A DNA stretch of 64,000 bases from Gammaproteobacteria bacterium (GCA_035691665.1 DASSIS010000064.1:73-64072), one strand, 5' to 3'; counted from the first letter of the stretch, positions 26,918 through 37,022 are shown. Notes: generated by a model not told the origin, from the letters alone. Made by a program: numbers and translations.

Positions 26918-28138
26918 ATGGCTAACGAGACGCAGCAGAACACCAATACCCCCCCTCCCCGCAACGAGAAGCGCCGCCGCGCGCTCCTGGGTCTCGCCGG
27001 GCTCTTCACCGCTGCGGCCGTTACCTATGGGATCTATTGGGCCGTGTCCGGCCGCTTCCACCAGAGCACCGATGACGCCTACGTGGCCGGCAACGCCGTG
27101 CCAGTGATGGCGGAAGCCCAGGGTACGGTGACCGCGATCCTCGCCGACGAGACGAGCCAGGTGCATCAGGGCCAAGTGCTGGTGCGCATGGACGACTCCG
27201 ACGCCAAGGTGGCGCTGCAGGAAGCGGAGGCCAAGCTCGCTTCCACCGTGCGCCACGTGGAAGAGCTCTACGCCACCGAGAAGCAGCTCAATGCCAAAGA
27301 GGCTTCCCAGCAGGCAGCCCTGGCCCTGGCCCGTTCCGATTACGCGCGCCATGAGAACCTGAACAAGCGCGGCTACTTCTCCGCCAGCGCGCTGGAGCAC
27401 AGCGCCACCTCCGTGACCATCGACGAGCACAGCGTGGTGGAGGCGCAGCAGTCGCTCGCCGCCGTGCGCGCCCAGCTCGCCAACACCGACCTCATGGATC
27501 ATCCGGACGTGAAGCTCGCTGCCGCCGCGGTGCGCGCCGCCTATCTCAACCTGCAGCGCATGACCGTGGTGGCGCCGGTGTCGGGCTACATCGCAAAGCG
27601 CGGCGTGCAGATCGGCCAGCACGTGGATGCCAACAGCTCGCTCATGGTGGTGGTGCCCCTCGACCAGATATGGGTGGACGCCAACTTCAAGGAATCCCAG
27701 CTCGACCGCATCCGTCCCGGTGAGCCCGTGGAGCTGCACTCCGACCTCTACGGCAGCAGCGTGACTTTCCACGGCGTCGTGGCCGGCGTGGATGCCGGTA
27801 CTGGCAGCGCCTTCGCGCTCTTACCGGCCCAGAACGCCACCGGCAACTGGATCAAGGTGGTGCAGCGGGTGCCGGTGCGCGTGCGCTTCGCGGCGGCCGA
27901 CATCGAGCGCCACCCACTGCGCATCGGTCTCTCCATGGTCGCGGACGTGGACACCCGCTCCGCCGGCGACGTCCCGGCCACGACCCTGGCGAACGACCCC
28001 CAGTACGTCACGCCGGTGTACGACCAGCGCCTCGCGGGTGCCGACGATCTCATCGCCCAGATCATCCGCGCCAACGCCGTGGGCGGCGCGCCGCTGGTGG
28101 CGACGACCAGCAAGCCGGACGGCCGTCGTGACCGGTAA
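26918..28138 (+). CDS. emrA: HlyD-family membrane-fusion protein of an EmrAB-type efflux pump
   Basis: TM anchor, then STDDAYVAGNAVPVMAEAQGTV..., a long coiled-coil, then VVAPVSGYIAKRGVQIGQHV...WIKVVQRVPVRV. Confidence 0.92.
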   Translation: MANETQQNTNTPPPRNEKRRRALLGLAGLFTAAAVTYGIYWAVSGRFHQSTDDAYVAGNAVPVMAEAQGTVTAILADETSQVHQGQVLVRMDDSDAKVALQEAEAKLASTVRHVEELYATEKQLNAKEASQQAALALARSDYARHENLNKRGYFSASALEHSATSVTIDEHSVVEAQQSLAAVRAQLANTDLMDHPDVKLAAAAVRAAYLNLQRMTVVAPVSGYIAKRGVQIGQHVDANSSLMVVVPLDQIWVDANFKESQLDRIRPGEPVELHSDLYGSSVTFHGVVAGVDAGTGSAFALLPAQNATGNWIKVVQRVPVRVRFAAADIERHPLRIGLSMVADVDTRSAGDVPATTLANDPQYVTPVYDQRLAGADDLIAQIIRANAVGGAPLVATTSKPDGRRDR

Positions 28139-29657
28139 CCAGGCCCCCATCACAGGGTTCAGCCTCATCCTGCTGACCGTGGGGGTGTCGCTCGCGGTGT
28201 TCATGAACATCCTCGACACCTCCATCGCCAACGTGGCGATCCCCACCATCGCCGGCGACCTCGCCATCAGCCCCAACCAGGGCACCTGGGTGATCACCTC
28301 GTTCACCGTGAGCCTGGCCATCTCCCTGCCGCTCTCGGGTTGGATGGCGCGGCGTCTCGGCGAGGTGAAACTGTTCCTCTGGACCACGGGCCTGTTCGCG
28401 CTCCTGTCCCTTGCCTGCGGCCTGGCGCCGAACCTGGCGAGTCTGGTGTTGCTGCGCGTGCTGCAGGGTGCCGTGGCCGGCCCCATGATCCCGCTCTCCC
28501 AGAGCCTGCTCATGCACAACTACCCGCCGGAGAAGCACGGTACCGCGCTCTCCATCTGGAGCATGACGGCGGTGGTGGCCCCAGTGCTGGGGCCGCTGCT
28601 CGGCGGCTGGATCACCGACAATTACAGCTGGCCCTGGGTGTTCTACATCAATGTGCCCATCGGTGTCGTCTCGGTGTGGATCACCTGGCGGCTGTTGCGC
28701 GGTCGGGAGACGGAGACCGAGCAGCGACCCATCGATCGGGTGGGCTTGGGCCTGCTCGCCATGGGCGTGGCGGCGCTGCAGATCCTGCTCGACAAGGGCA
28801 ACGAGCTCGACTGGTTCAGTTCCACCACCATCCAGGAACTGGCGGTGGTCTCGGTGGTGTTCCTGGCCTTCTTCGTCGCCTGGGAGCTCACCGAGCAGCA
28901 TCCCATCGTGGACCTGAGCCTGTTCCGGCAGCGCAACATGACCGTGGGTACGCTCGCCATCACCCTGGGGTATCTCACCTATTTCGCCAACGTGGTGGTG
29001 TTCCCGCTGTGGTTGCAGACCGAGATGGGCTACACCGCCACCGAGGCCGGCATCGCTTCGGCGCCCATCGGCGTGTTGGCGGTGGTGGTGGCACCCTGCA
29101 TGGGTTGGCTCATGAAACGGGTGGATTTGAGGGTGCTGGTCACCATCTCCTTCGCCACCTTCGCGGCGGTGTCGCTCTGGAACGCGAGTTTCACCACGGA
29201 TGTCACCGTGGGCCAGCTGATGCTGCCGCGGCTCGTGTTCGGGGCCGCCATGCCCCTGTTCTTCGTGCCGCTCATGACCATGGCCTTCTCGGGTCTGCCG
29301 CCGCAGCGGGTGGCGAGTGCCTCGGGTCTGCTCAACTTTCTGCGCATGCTGGGGGCGGGCTTCGGCACCTCTCTCGGCATCTCCCTCTGGGACCGGCGTG
29401 AAGCCTTGCACGACGCACGCCTCTCAGAAGTAGTGACGCTCAATCATAGTCAGTTCGCTGCGCTCCATGCGCTCGGCGCCAATGCCACCCAGAGCGCGGC
29501 CGAGCTCGCCCAAGCCGTGCAGCGCCAAGCCTTCATGCAGGCCACTGACGACTTCGCCTGGCTCACGGGCGGCATCTATCTCGCGCTCATCGGCGTCATC
29601 TGGCTGGCGCGGCGCAACGCTCCCGCAGCCGGCGCCGTGGCGGACGCGGGGCATTGA
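28128..29657 (+). CDS. emrB: MFS DHA2-family (14-TM) multidrug efflux permease
   Basis: The GTG start overlaps the emrA end. LDTSIANVAIPTIAGDL...QGTWVITSF...GEVKLFLW...PLSQSLL...ELDWFSS... parallels E. coli EmrB. The ORF-track N-terminal extension (27792..) is out-of-context overlap. Confidence 0.93.
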   Translation: MTGNQAPITGFSLILLTVGVSLAVFMNILDTSIANVAIPTIAGDLAISPNQGTWVITSFTVSLAISLPLSGWMARRLGEVKLFLWTTGLFALLSLACGLAPNLASLVLLRVLQGAVAGPMIPLSQSLLMHNYPPEKHGTALSIWSMTAVVAPVLGPLLGGWITDNYSWPWVFYINVPIGVVSVWITWRLLRGRETETEQRPIDRVGLGLLAMGVAALQILLDKGNELDWFSSTTIQELAVVSVVFLAFFVAWELTEQHPIVDLSLFRQRNMTVGTLAITLGYLTYFANVVVFPLWLQTEMGYTATEAGIASAPIGVLAVVVAPCMGWLMKRVDLRVLVTISFATFAAVSLWNASFTTDVTVGQLMLPRLVFGAAMPLFFVPLMTMAFSGLPPQRVASASGLLNFLRMLGAGFGTSLGISLWDRREALHDARLSEVVTLNHSQFAALHALGANATQSAAELAQAVQRQAFMQATDDFAWLTGGIYLALIGVIWLARRNAPAAGAVADAGH

Positions 29658-29705
29658 GAACTACAACCGGGGTGCGGCCCCGGACTCACCAGCGAGGCTC
29701 ATGCC

Positions 29706-30635
29706 ATGCGCTACCGTACCGTGTTCATGCATACCGAGCCGGCCGTCCGCCACTTGAGCGTGGAGCTGGATGGCCTGCGGATCTTCTACCGCGAGGCGGG
29801 ACCGGCCGACGCGCCGGTATTGCTGCTGCTGCACGGCTATCCTTCCTCTAGCCACTACTTCCGCCGGCTCATGCCTCTGCTCGCGGAGCGCTACCGCCTG
29901 ATCGCGCCCGACCTCCCCGGTTTCGGCGGCAGCGACGCGCCGGGTCACGACTCCTGGACTTACAGCTTCGACCGCCTGGCCGAGGTGCTGGAGGGCTTCG
30001 TCGCGCAGCTCGGGCTCGCGCGCTACGCCCTCTATATATTCGACTATGGCGCGCCAGTGGGCATGCGTCTGGCGGTCGCCCATCCGGAGCGGGTCACGGC
30101 CATCATCAGCCAGAACGGCAACCTGTACCGGGAGGGCCTGGGGCCGGGCTGGAAGCTGTGGGAGCGCTATTGGCAGGCGCCGAGCGCAGAGAACCGCGCC
30201 GCCATGCGTGCGCTGCTTGATCCGCCGCGCCTGAAGCAGCTCTATCTCACCGGCGCCCGGGATCCGGCGGTGGTGGCGCCCGAAGCCTGGCTGCTGCACG
30301 ACGCGCTGCTGGCGCGGCCGGGCAACGATGAGCTCCAGCTCGACCTGTTCCTGGACTATCGCCGCAACGTGGAGCTCTATCCCGCGTTCCAGACCTATCT
30401 GCGTACCCGCAGGCCACCGCTCCTGGCGGTCTGGGGTCGACATGATCCCGTGTTCTTGCCGGCCGGAGCGGAAGCCTTCCGCCGCGATCTGCCCGAGGCC
30501 GAGGTGCATTTCCTGGAGGCGGGTCACTTCGCGCTGGAGACCGAGGCGGAGGCGGTGGCCGTGCTCATCTGCGTGTTCCTCGGCCGAGTGGCATCCGTCG
30601 CGCTGTTAGACTCGGAATCCACCCAGGCCGCATGA
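29706..30635 (+). CDS. Alpha/beta-fold hydrolase (Asp-nucleophile type), paralogue 2 of 3, no signal peptide
   Basis: IFYREAGPADAPVLLLLHGYPSSS...IAPDLPGFGGSDAP...YIFDYGAPVG...GHFALETE. Confidence 0.88.
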   Translation: MRYRTVFMHTEPAVRHLSVELDGLRIFYREAGPADAPVLLLLHGYPSSSHYFRRLMPLLAERYRLIAPDLPGFGGSDAPGHDSWTYSFDRLAEVLEGFVAQLGLARYALYIFDYGAPVGMRLAVAHPERVTAIISQNGNLYREGLGPGWKLWERYWQAPSAENRAAMRALLDPPRLKQLYLTGARDPAVVAPEAWLLHDALLARPGNDELQLDLFLDYRRNVELYPAFQTYLRTRRPPLLAVWGRHDPVFLPAGAEAFRRDLPEAEVHFLEAGHFALETEAEAVAVLICVFLGRVASVALLDSESTQAA

Positions 30636-30669
30636 GGTCGCGGGGCCGCATAGAGTTGCAACAAAGCCT

Positions 30670-31836
30670 GTGAATACGCGCACGAACTCAGGCCTGTGGC
30701 CTGCCTTGGCGGGAGCCTTGATGTTGGCGGTGGCCATGGGCATCGGCCGTTTCGCGTTCACGCCGCTCCTGCCCATGATGCAGAAAGACCAAGGCCTAAG
30801 CCTGGTCCTCGGTGGTTGGCTCGCGACTTCCAACTACCTCGGTTATTTCCTGGGAGCTTACACCGCCGCGTGGCTGCGGGCGGCGCCCGGGAAGATCATC
30901 TCTCTCTCGCTCCTCGCCACCGCCGTGCTGACGGCTGGTATGGCATTCACGGAGCTGCCTGTCTTCTGGATCTTGCTGCGTGGTCTGGCCGGTGTAGCCA
31001 GCGCCTGGGTGCTGGTGTTCACCTCCGCCTGGGCGCTGCATCGACTCGCGGCGGCCAGAGCGCCCGGCCTGCGCGGGCTGCTCTTTAGCGGCGTGGGTTT
31101 CGGGATCATGCTGGCGGGATTGCTCTGCATGCTGTTCCTCGACTGGGACTGGTCTGCGGAGCGTTCCTGGTTCGTCTTGGGCGCAGTGGCGTTGCTCCTG
31201 AGCTTGTTGGTCCTGCCGGTCTTCGGCGGAGACGAACCTCCCGAGGCCGCGGCATCCACCGCCTTAGGCATCTCCGTCGATCCGCGGCAGGTGCTCGGCA
31301 CCGCGCTCGCCTACGGCGTGTTCGGCTTCGGCTACATCATCCCAGCCACCTTCCTGCCAGCCATGGCGAAGCAGCGCTTGCCGGACCCCGCACTCTTCGG
31401 CTGGGCCTGGCCCGTGTTCGGTTTCGCCGGGCTCGTCTCCACGCTGCTGGCTGGGCGTCTGATGCTGCGCTACTCCAACCGCCGGGTGTGGGGCGTGAGC
31501 CACGTCGTTATGGGGGTAGGGGTCATCCTGCCCGTGCTGTTGCAGGGTCTCGCCGGCATCCTGCTCTCGGCCCTGTGCGTGGGCGGCACCTTCATGGTCA
31601 TCACCTCCGCCGGCATCCAGGAGGCGCGGCGCCTGGCGCCGCAGGATCCCTCACGGCTCATGGCCCGGTTCACCGCCGCGTTCGCCATCGGCCAGATACT
31701 GGGACCCTTGTGCGTGAGCCTGCTGCCCAAGGGTTCCGGCAGCCTCACGAGCCTGCTCATCGCCGCCGCCGTGCTCTTGCTGGCCAGCGGCACGGCACTG
31801 CTCCTGGGGGGTGTGGATCAGGCGGAAGCGGAATAA
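30670..31836 (+). CDS. YbfB/YjiJ-type MFS transporter
   Basis: 388 aa with 12 hydrophobic helices. N-terminal MGIGRFAFTPLLPMM...GYFLGA is typical of the MFS_4 family. Confidence 0.8.
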   Translation: MNTRTNSGLWPALAGALMLAVAMGIGRFAFTPLLPMMQKDQGLSLVLGGWLATSNYLGYFLGAYTAAWLRAAPGKIISLSLLATAVLTAGMAFTELPVFWILLRGLAGVASAWVLVFTSAWALHRLAAARAPGLRGLLFSGVGFGIMLAGLLCMLFLDWDWSAERSWFVLGAVALLLSLLVLPVFGGDEPPEAAASTALGISVDPRQVLGTALAYGVFGFGYIIPATFLPAMAKQRLPDPALFGWAWPVFGFAGLVSTLLAGRLMLRYSNRRVWGVSHVVMGVGVILPVLLQGLAGILLSALCVGGTFMVITSAGIQEARRLAPQDPSRLMARFTAAFAIGQILGPLCVSLLPKGSGSLTSLLIAAAVLLLASGTALLLGGVDQAEAE

Positions 31837-31987
31837 TCAGGTAACCACCTGATAAAGTTAAAATTTGACGCTAGGGATTCCAATCCCAAAACATTATGTC
31901 GAACGGGTGTATCATCCCTGTACGACTTGAAAGGTTGCAGGGATGGCGACGACGCGCAGGGGGTTGCGCCTCATATGGAGCCGAGCC

Positions 31988-33595
31988 ATGAGCGAGACAG
32001 GAAGTCTGCATATCCTCCACGTGGAAGACGATCCGGCGCACGCGGAATTGGTGCGGCGCGCGCTGCATAAATCCGGGTTGGACTGCGACATCCGGCTCGT
32101 CATGTCCCGCGATGAATACCTGGACGCGCTCGACGCGGGGCGCCCTGACGTGATCCTGTCCGACACCCGCGGTGTGGACTTCGAGGGCCTCGAGGCCCTA
32201 CGCCACGCCCGCCGCCGCAGCCGGCGCGTGCCCTTCCTGTTCGTCTCCAGCTCCACCGACGACAAGCACATCGCGCGCCTCAAGGCGGAGGGCGCCACCG
32301 GGTTCGTGCGCAAGACCGATCTCGGCACCCTGGCTTCGGTCATACTGCGCGCCATGGAACACGCGCGCGATCTCCCCCACGAGCCGGGGCCCGCCTACCT
32401 GCGCGGCATGGAGCGCCTGGTCATCGTGGTGCAGGAGCTGTCCCTGGCGCGCGACCTGCCCAGCGTGCAGGCCATCGTCCGGCACGCCGCGCGCGAACTC
32501 ACCGGCGCCGACGGCGCCACCTTCGTGTTGCGCGACGGCGATAAGTGCTTCTATGCCGACGAGGACGCCATCGCGCCGCTGTGGAAGGGCCAACGCTTCC
32601 CCATGTCCACCTGCATCAGCGGTTGGACCATGCTCAACCGTGAGGCGGCGGTGATCGAGGACATCTACGCCGACCCGCGCATCCCCCATGACGCCTACCG
32701 CCCTACCTTCGTGAAGAGCCTAGCGATGGTGCCGATCCGCACCCTCGATCCCATAGGCGCCATCGGCAACTACTGGGCCGAGCATCACATGCCCACGGCC
32801 GACGAGGTCAAGCTGCTCCGGGCCCTCGCCGATACCACCGCCGTGGCGCTGGAGAACGTGCGCGTGTACGCGGACCTGGAACACCGGGTGCGGGACCGTA
32901 CCGCCGAGCTCGAGGCCCTGAACAAGGAACTCGAGTCTTTCAGCTATTCCGTGTCCCACGACTTGCGCGGTCCCTTGCGCAGCATCGGCGGCTTCAGCCA
33001 GCTCGTGGTGGAGGATTACGCCGACAAGCTGGACGACAACGGCAAGCGTTTCCTGGGCTACATCAGCGGCGCCACCAAGCGCATGTCCGAGCTCATCGAC
33101 GATCTGCTGAGCCTGTCCCGGGTGAGCCGCGCCCCCCTCAAGGCCCAGACGGTACATCTGGATACCCTGGCCCTCGAAGTCGGGGCGGAGCTCCAGAACC
33201 GGGAGCCGGAGCGGCGCTGCCGGGTCAAGGTCGAACCCGATCTCGCCGCCGAGGGCGACGCGCGGCTCCTCAAGATCGTGCTCGAGAACCTCATGGGAAA
33301 CGCCTGGAAGTTCACCTCCAAACGGGAGGACGCCGAGATCAGGGTCGGCAAGCGCCTGGACCAGGGCGTCACCGCCTTCTTCGTGGGGGATAACGGCGCC
33401 GGCTTCGACATGGCGCACGCCCAGAAACTCTACACCCCCTTCCACCGCCTGCACGCGGAGAACGAGTTCCCGGGCACCGGCATCGGTCTCGCCACCGTGC
33501 AGCGCATCGTCGCGCGCCACGGGGGGCGCATCTGGGCCGAGGCGCAGGAAGGCAAGGGGGCGACCTTCTACTTCAGCCTGCATGAGAACCGCTGA
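31988..33595 (+). CDS. Hybrid sensor: N-terminal receiver (REC) + GAF + HisKA/HATPase histidine kinase, cytoplasmic
   Basis: LHILHVEDDP...DVILSD is the REC domain, followed by a GAF-like middle. FSYSVSHDLRGPLRSI is the H-box and NAWKFT...GDNGAGFD...GTGIGLATVQRIV are the N/G boxes. The ORF opens at 31943. Confidence 0.9.
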   Translation: MSETGSLHILHVEDDPAHAELVRRALHKSGLDCDIRLVMSRDEYLDALDAGRPDVILSDTRGVDFEGLEALRHARRRSRRVPFLFVSSSTDDKHIARLKAEGATGFVRKTDLGTLASVILRAMEHARDLPHEPGPAYLRGMERLVIVVQELSLARDLPSVQAIVRHAARELTGADGATFVLRDGDKCFYADEDAIAPLWKGQRFPMSTCISGWTMLNREAAVIEDIYADPRIPHDAYRPTFVKSLAMVPIRTLDPIGAIGNYWAEHHMPTADEVKLLRALADTTAVALENVRVYADLEHRVRDRTAELEALNKELESFSYSVSHDLRGPLRSIGGFSQLVVEDYADKLDDNGKRFLGYISGATKRMSELIDDLLSLSRVSRAPLKAQTVHLDTLALEVGAELQNREPERRCRVKVEPDLAAEGDARLLKIVLENLMGNAWKFTSKREDAEIRVGKRLDQGVTAFFVGDNGAGFDMAHAQKLYTPFHRLHAENEFPGTGIGLATVQRIVARHGGRIWAEAQEGKGATFYFSLHENR

Positions 33596-33625
33596 GCCGG
33601 CCCAGCGCTGAAGTAGAATTCCCCC

Positions 33626-34075
33626 ATGCTCGACCGGGGGACAGCCATCGCCGCCATCGTCCGCCTGCCGCTCCTGGCGGCGCTCTTGGCGCTCGCGGCT
33701 TGCGCCAGCCAGCCTGGGTTGATCCTCGCCGGCCCGCCCGCCGATCCCACCGACCTGCCGTTCAGCGCCTTCCTCAGGGCCTCGGACGCGGACTACTTTT
33801 GGCTGTCGACGCCACCCCAGAGCAGCCACGTGCTGGAGCCCAGCGATACCCAGGTGACAAAGCAGGGCCTTTGGCTGCAACAGGGTGTGTTCTACCTGGA
33901 GTTCGAGTGCTATTCCCCCAAGAAGGCCCCGCAGGTGGCCTACCCCATCCTGCCCGAGAGCGCTGACGAGACCACCCTCTATATAAAGGGCGGCCGTCGC
34001 TATCTGTTGAGCTGCGACGAGTACCGGATAGGCAAGGCCGTGCTCTCGGACCTGGGGCCCCTGCCCGGGCTCTGA
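33626..34075 (+). CDS. Putative lipoprotein, function unknown
   Basis: Lipobox LALAAC at residues 23-28. 149 aa with coding-like composition. Confidence 0.6.
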   Translation: MLDRGTAIAAIVRLPLLAALLALAACASQPGLILAGPPADPTDLPFSAFLRASDADYFWLSTPPQSSHVLEPSDTQVTKQGLWLQQGVFYLEFECYSPKKAPQVAYPILPESADETTLYIKGGRRYLLSCDEYRIGKAVLSDLGPLPGL

Positions 34076-34088
34076 GCGGCGCGCGGCT

Positions 34089-34472
34089 TCAGTCGTCGCG
34101 CCGCCAGCGCCGCTCGCCCCGCACCATCATCCACAGGCCGCCATAGATGACGAACAGCGGCCACCACCGTTCCCAGGACAGGTCGAGCAGGAAGATCAGC
34201 GCCACCATCACCACCACGGCCGCCGACAGGAAGCCGTGCAGCACACCCGCATCCAAGCGCCCCACCAGGCGCAGGCGGGCGAGGGCGTAGCCCAGGGGCG
34301 GCACAGCGCCGAGCAGGATGAAGAGCGCCCACCAGTTGTGCAGGTCCCAGAAGGGCAGGGGCACGCCGAAGTTCCTGAGCAGGAATAGCACGCCCACGAT
34401 GACCACCACGAGGCCGGTCACGGCGCGGCTGTAGTAATGGTGGGAGGGTCGGGTATCCGGGCTGTGGTCCAT
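34089..34472 (-). CDS. Small 4-TM membrane protein, function unknown
   Basis: 127 aa with four hydrophobic helices and a basic C-terminal tail, RGERRWRRDD. Confidence 0.6.
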   Translation of the reverse strand: MDHSPDTRPSHHYYSRAVTGLVVVIVGVLFLLRNFGVPLPFWDLHNWWALFILLGAVPPLGYALARLRLVGRLDAGVLHGFLSAAVVVMVALIFLLDLSWERWWPLFVIYGGLWMMVRGERRWRRDD

Positions 34473-34642
34473 GGCGTCCCCCTGGCTGGTATGGATGGGG
34501 CTAGCCTAGGAGCCGGGCTCCCGGCCCGCAAGTGACGCCCGTCATGAGAACGGGCTGACAGCCGCCAGCCGGAACTCCGTGCCGCGAGCCGGGTCTTAAA
34601 ACCCTTATCCCGGATCATCCGTTCCCTGCAAGGAGACATCGC

Positions 34643-35386
34643 ATGCGCATCGCCCGGATATTGCTCGCCATCTCCATGGCCGCCGCGAGCAGCGGCGCCC
34701 TGGCTGCCAAGAAACCGGCCATCCCCGACCCGGCCTGGTTCCAGAAGAACACCCAGGCGCTCTACGATGCCCTGGCCCCGGGCACGAAGTCGGTGTGGCA
34801 GAAGGCGCTGGCGGACGACGCCGTCATCAGCGATGAGGACGGCCGGGTCCAGACCAAGGCTGAACTGCTCAAGGATTTCGGCCCGCTCCCGCCGGGTTCC
34901 AATGGCAGCATCAAGGTGATCGACCTCAAGGTACTGCCCATCGGCACCGTCGGCGCGGTGGTGGACTACATCATCGACGAGCATGAGGACGTGCAAGGAC
35001 AGTCCTTGCATACCCAGTACACCGTCACCGACGTGTACCGCTCGCAGCTCACCGGCTGGAAGATCGTGGCCAGTCACGTCACCGTGGTGCCGCGCGACAT
35101 GGACCCGGTGCCGGTGGACAAGACCGGCTGGCCGGCGCTCGTGGGCGAGTATCGTGTGGGGCCCCAGTCCAAGCACAGTTATCACGTGTATCTGCGCGAG
35201 GGTGCGCTGCTGGGCGGCGCCGATGAGCAGACTGCCACCGCGCTCATCCCGCTCGCGCCGCTGGTCTACTTCCAATCCGGCAGCATCCACACCATGATCT
35301 TCGTGCCGGATGGCAAGGGAGGCATCGCTGAAGTGCGCGAGGTGCACAAATACAACGAGCTGGTGATGAAGCGCGTCGGCCCTTAA
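34643..35386 (+). CDS. Secreted NTF2-like (DUF4440-like) protein
   Basis: Signal peptide MRIARILLAISMAAASSGALA. ...TDVYRSQLTGWKIVASHVT is typical of the SnoaL/DUF4440 cone fold. Assignment is moderate. Confidence 0.65.
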   Translation: MRIARILLAISMAAASSGALAAKKPAIPDPAWFQKNTQALYDALAPGTKSVWQKALADDAVISDEDGRVQTKAELLKDFGPLPPGSNGSIKVIDLKVLPIGTVGAVVDYIIDEHEDVQGQSLHTQYTVTDVYRSQLTGWKIVASHVTVVPRDMDPVPVDKTGWPALVGEYRVGPQSKHSYHVYLREGALLGGADEQTATALIPLAPLVYFQSGSIHTMIFVPDGKGGIAEVREVHKYNELVMKRVGP

Positions 35387-35478
35387 GCGGACGCGGTGCC
35401 GATTTGACAGGGGCCTGCCGTGGGTGAACCATGGCGGGCCCCGCTTCACTCCCCAGGTCCCCAGAAAAGGAGTCTGCC

Positions 35479-36813
35479 GTGAGAAAAGTCGCATTCCTGG
35501 CTTCCTTGCTCAGCATGCTGCTCGCCGGTGCGCCGTTCGCGCAGGCGGACGACGCCCAGTCGGGGCCGCAGGTGACCGTGCTCAAGGCCGCGCACCTCTT
35601 CGATTCCGTGTCGGGCAAACTCGTGGACGGCGGGATGGTGGTGGTGGACGGCGACAAGATCCGTGCCGTCGGCACGGACCTCGAGGTGCCGGCCGGCGCC
35701 CGGGTCATCGACCTCGGAGACGCGACCCTCATGCCCGGCATGATCGACGCCCACGTGCACCTGGACGGGCAGTTCGAGGAGAACTGGTACAAGGGTTTCT
35801 ACCAGAACCAGACGCGCTCCCCCGCGGAACAAGCGCTCTATGCTTCCAAGTATGCCAAGGAGACCCTCGACGCGGGCTTCACCAGCGTGCGTGACGTGGG
35901 TTCCGTCGACTACATCGCCGCTGCCTTGAGCCATGCCATCGACGCCGGCGTGATCGAAGGCCCGCGCATGATCTTCTCCAACTACGCCATCGGCTCCACC
36001 GGCGGCCACGCCGACGGCCAGGACCTGCCGCCCAACGTGGCGCCGCCCTACGGGCCGGTGCAGGGCGTGTGCAACGGCCCCGAGGAGTGCCGCGCCGCGG
36101 TCCGCTACCAGATGAAGTACGGCGCCACGGTCATCAAGTTCATGCCCTCGGGCGGCGTGCTCTCGCTCTCCGATCCCGTGGATGTGCCGGAACTCACCCA
36201 GGCGGAGATGGACGCCATCATCTCCGAGGCCCATACCTGGCACCGCAAGGTGGCGGCCCACTGTCACGGCGACCTGGCCGCCAAGATGGCCATCCAGGCG
36301 GGCGTCGACTCCATCGAGCACGGTACCTTCCTGCAGGACGACACCCTCAAGCAGATGAAGGAGAAGGGCGTGTACCTGGTGCCGACCCTGTACGCCAGCT
36401 ACTGGGTGGGCCAGAAGGCCGACAGCTATCCGCCGGCGATCCGCGCCAAGGCGCTCGCGGCCGCGGCCCAGTCCCAGATCATGTTCCAGCATGCGGTGAA
36501 GATCGGCGTACCCATCGCCTTCGGCACCGACTCCGCCGTCGAACCCCACGGCCTCGACGCCCAGGAGTTCTGGCTCATGGTGAAGAACGGCATGACTCCC
36601 GCTGAAGCGCTCATGGCCGCCACCGCCAAGGCGGCGGACCTGCTCTACGGCAACCGTAGCGACAAGAGCGTGAAGCCGCCGGTGGGCACCCTGGAGCCGG
36701 GCAAGTTCGCCGACATCGTGGCCCTGCCCGGCAACCCGCTGAAGGACATCCACGCTACTGAACACCCAGTGTTCGTCATGAAAGGCGGCATCATCTACGT
36801 GGGTGGTAAATGA
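35479..36813 (+). CDS. Secreted amidohydrolase-superfamily metallohydrolase
   Basis: GTG start after AAAAGGAG. Signal peptide, then LMPGMIDAHVHL (HxH), ...VAAHCHG..., SIEHG, FGTDS. Confidence 0.9.
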   Translation: MRKVAFLASLLSMLLAGAPFAQADDAQSGPQVTVLKAAHLFDSVSGKLVDGGMVVVDGDKIRAVGTDLEVPAGARVIDLGDATLMPGMIDAHVHLDGQFEENWYKGFYQNQTRSPAEQALYASKYAKETLDAGFTSVRDVGSVDYIAAALSHAIDAGVIEGPRMIFSNYAIGSTGGHADGQDLPPNVAPPYGPVQGVCNGPEECRAAVRYQMKYGATVIKFMPSGGVLSLSDPVDVPELTQAEMDAIISEAHTWHRKVAAHCHGDLAAKMAIQAGVDSIEHGTFLQDDTLKQMKEKGVYLVPTLYASYWVGQKADSYPPAIRAKALAAAAQSQIMFQHAVKIGVPIAFGTDSAVEPHGLDAQEFWLMVKNGMTPAEALMAATAKAADLLYGNRSDKSVKPPVGTLEPGKFADIVALPGNPLKDIHATEHPVFVMKGGIIYVGGK

Positions 36814-36946
36814 CCATCCCTGGTGCAGTGACCAGCCCGGGCTGCATCGCTACGTATCCTGCTACGCTCGCAGTCCAGGGCGGCATCCTGCCGCCCGCTC
36901 ATCGCATGCGATGGGCCCATGGCGGTCGTTCGCTGCTGTCGCAGCT

Positions 36947-36997
36947 CACCCAGTCTTCGTCATGAAGGGCGGCGTCATCTACGTGGGCGGCAAATAG
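36947..36997 (+). pseudogene. Orphan duplicate of the last 16 codons plus stop of the amidohydrolase gene
   Basis: 51 nt matching 36763..36813 at 44/51 positions by hand count. The encoded HPVFVMKGG(I/V)IYVGGK differs at one residue; five of the seven nucleotide differences are in sense codons, at first or third positions, and two are in the stop codon. Lies 133 nt downstream of the real stop and just before the terminator. Confidence 0.6.
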
Positions 36998-37022
36998 ACC
37001 GATCCGCGCAACGAAGCTTAAG

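Noticed and set aside
27792-28127. N-terminal 112-aa extension of the emrB ORF given in the track
   Set aside because: The extension overlaps the 3-prime third of emrA in another frame and is Pro/Arg/Ser-rich. Homology to EmrB begins right after the GTG at 28128.
36763-36997. Diversity-generating retroelement (VR/TR) explanation for the duplicated gene end
   Set aside because: The differences between the copies are not concentrated at adenines of one copy; they are mostly G/C and A/G third-position changes. No reverse transcriptase gene is nearby.
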